A stretch of DNA of 64,000 nt from Azolla caroliniana (taxonomy: Eukaryota; Plantae; Polypodiophyta): NCBI GenBank assembly GCA_043228905.1, contig JBHGNT010000001.1, positions 9,362,001-9,426,000 on the forward strand, read 5' to 3'. Within the stretch, counting starts at the first letter, position 1. Each line of letters opens with the position of its first letter. Shown in pieces: positions 63,288 through 64,000 of this stretch. A model generated the notes under the pieces. It ran no database searches, was not told the origin of the DNA, and saw only the letters and a list, made by a program, of their open reading frames with translations. The position numbers and the translations under genes are program-made.

Positions 63288-64000
63288 TCACTCCGGCATG
63301 GGGTGTCTTACCAGTCCGATTCTCTTCCGGCATGCATCCAGCTTGTCGGGTGTCAGCACTTTGGTCAGCATATCTGACCCGTTCTCGGCCGTGTGGATCT
63401 TCGTCAGTGCAAACTCCTGGTCATCTACTCTTTCCCGGATCCAGTGATACCTCCGCTGGATATGCTTCGTCCGGGAATGGTAGGCTGCATTCTTAGCAAG
63501 GTGGATGGCACTTTGACCGTCGCAATAGAGTCGGTATTCCTCTTGCCGTATACCGAGCTCACCGATGAAGTCCTTCATCCATAAGATTTCCTTGTCGGCT
63601 TCCACAACTGCCATGTACTCCGCCTTCGTGGTTGACAATGCAACCGTCTTCTGCAGCCTCGACTGCCACGAAACAGCTCCCCCGGCATATGTCATTATAT
63701 ACCCGGATGTAGACCGGCTGGTATCCACATCAACCGACATGTTCGAATCGGTGAAACCGTCCAGTTGAGGTTTTCCGAAGCCGAATCGGAGACACATATT
63801 TGAAGTGCCCTTCAAATACCGGAGTATCCATTTGACTGCGTTCCAGTGCTCCTTGCCGAGATTACTCATGAACCGGCTCACCACTCCGACTGCGTATCCT
63901 ATATCTGGTCGGGTACACACCATCGCGTACATCAAGCTCCCGACGGCAGAGGCATATGGAATCTTCATCATATCCGCCTTTTCTGCTTTCGTCTTCGGGC
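63288..64000 (-). CDS. Copia pol C-terminus (end of RT plus RNase H), partial at the window edge
   Basis: IPYASAVGSLMYAMVCTRPDI, GFTDSNM, VALSTTKAEY, RTKHIQRRYHWIRE, NGSDMLTK; stop codon abuts the PPT. Confidence 0.93.
   Translation of the reverse strand, partial: PKTKAEKADMMKIPYASAVGSLMYAMVCTRPDIGYAVGVVSRFMSNLGKEHWNAVKWILRYLKGTSNMCLRFGFGKPQLDGFTDSNMSVDVDTSRSTSGYIMTYAGGAVSWQSRLQKTVALSTTKAEYMAVVEADKEILWMKDFIGELGIRQEEYRLYCDGQSAIHLAKNAAYHSRTKHIQRRYHWIRERVDDQEFALTKIHTAENGSDMLTKVLTPDKLDACRKRIGLVRHPMPE

Overview
Eukaryotic land-plant nuclear DNA with spliceosomal GT-AG introns and a plant-type tRNA; a seed-free plant such as a fern is a guess from the retroelement types. Bases 1-21 kb are a nested transposon stack. 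A degenerate Ty3/Gypsy is interrupted by a solo LTR carrying a heat-shock-element array, which is itself interrupted by an apparently intact, very young Ty1/Copia (2974-8466; perfect TSD; one 1337-aa gag-pol ORF). An older Copia (10536-19293) sits inside a ~190-bp tandem repeat and carries two solo LTRs, a Tc1/mariner-type MITE and a hAT MITE. Bases 21-39 kb are AT-rich intergenic DNA with tRNA-Ala(AGC), 5'-truncated LINEs with TSDs, and MULE/hAT MITEs. Three host genes follow: a Ser-rich DUF688-like gene (+), a 13-exon plastid alpha/beta-hydrolase (-) and a 9-exon LIP1-like triacylglycerol lipase (+). The window ends in the 3' part of a third Copia. The most unusual observations are a ~200-bp microsatellite-associated repeat with two convergent tRNA-like heads, a 4-bp-TSD solo LTR that carries an internal fossil U5+PBS, and the HSE-rich solo LTR pointing antisense into the intact Copia. 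I found no CRISPR or prokaryotic system. All coordinates were read by eye.
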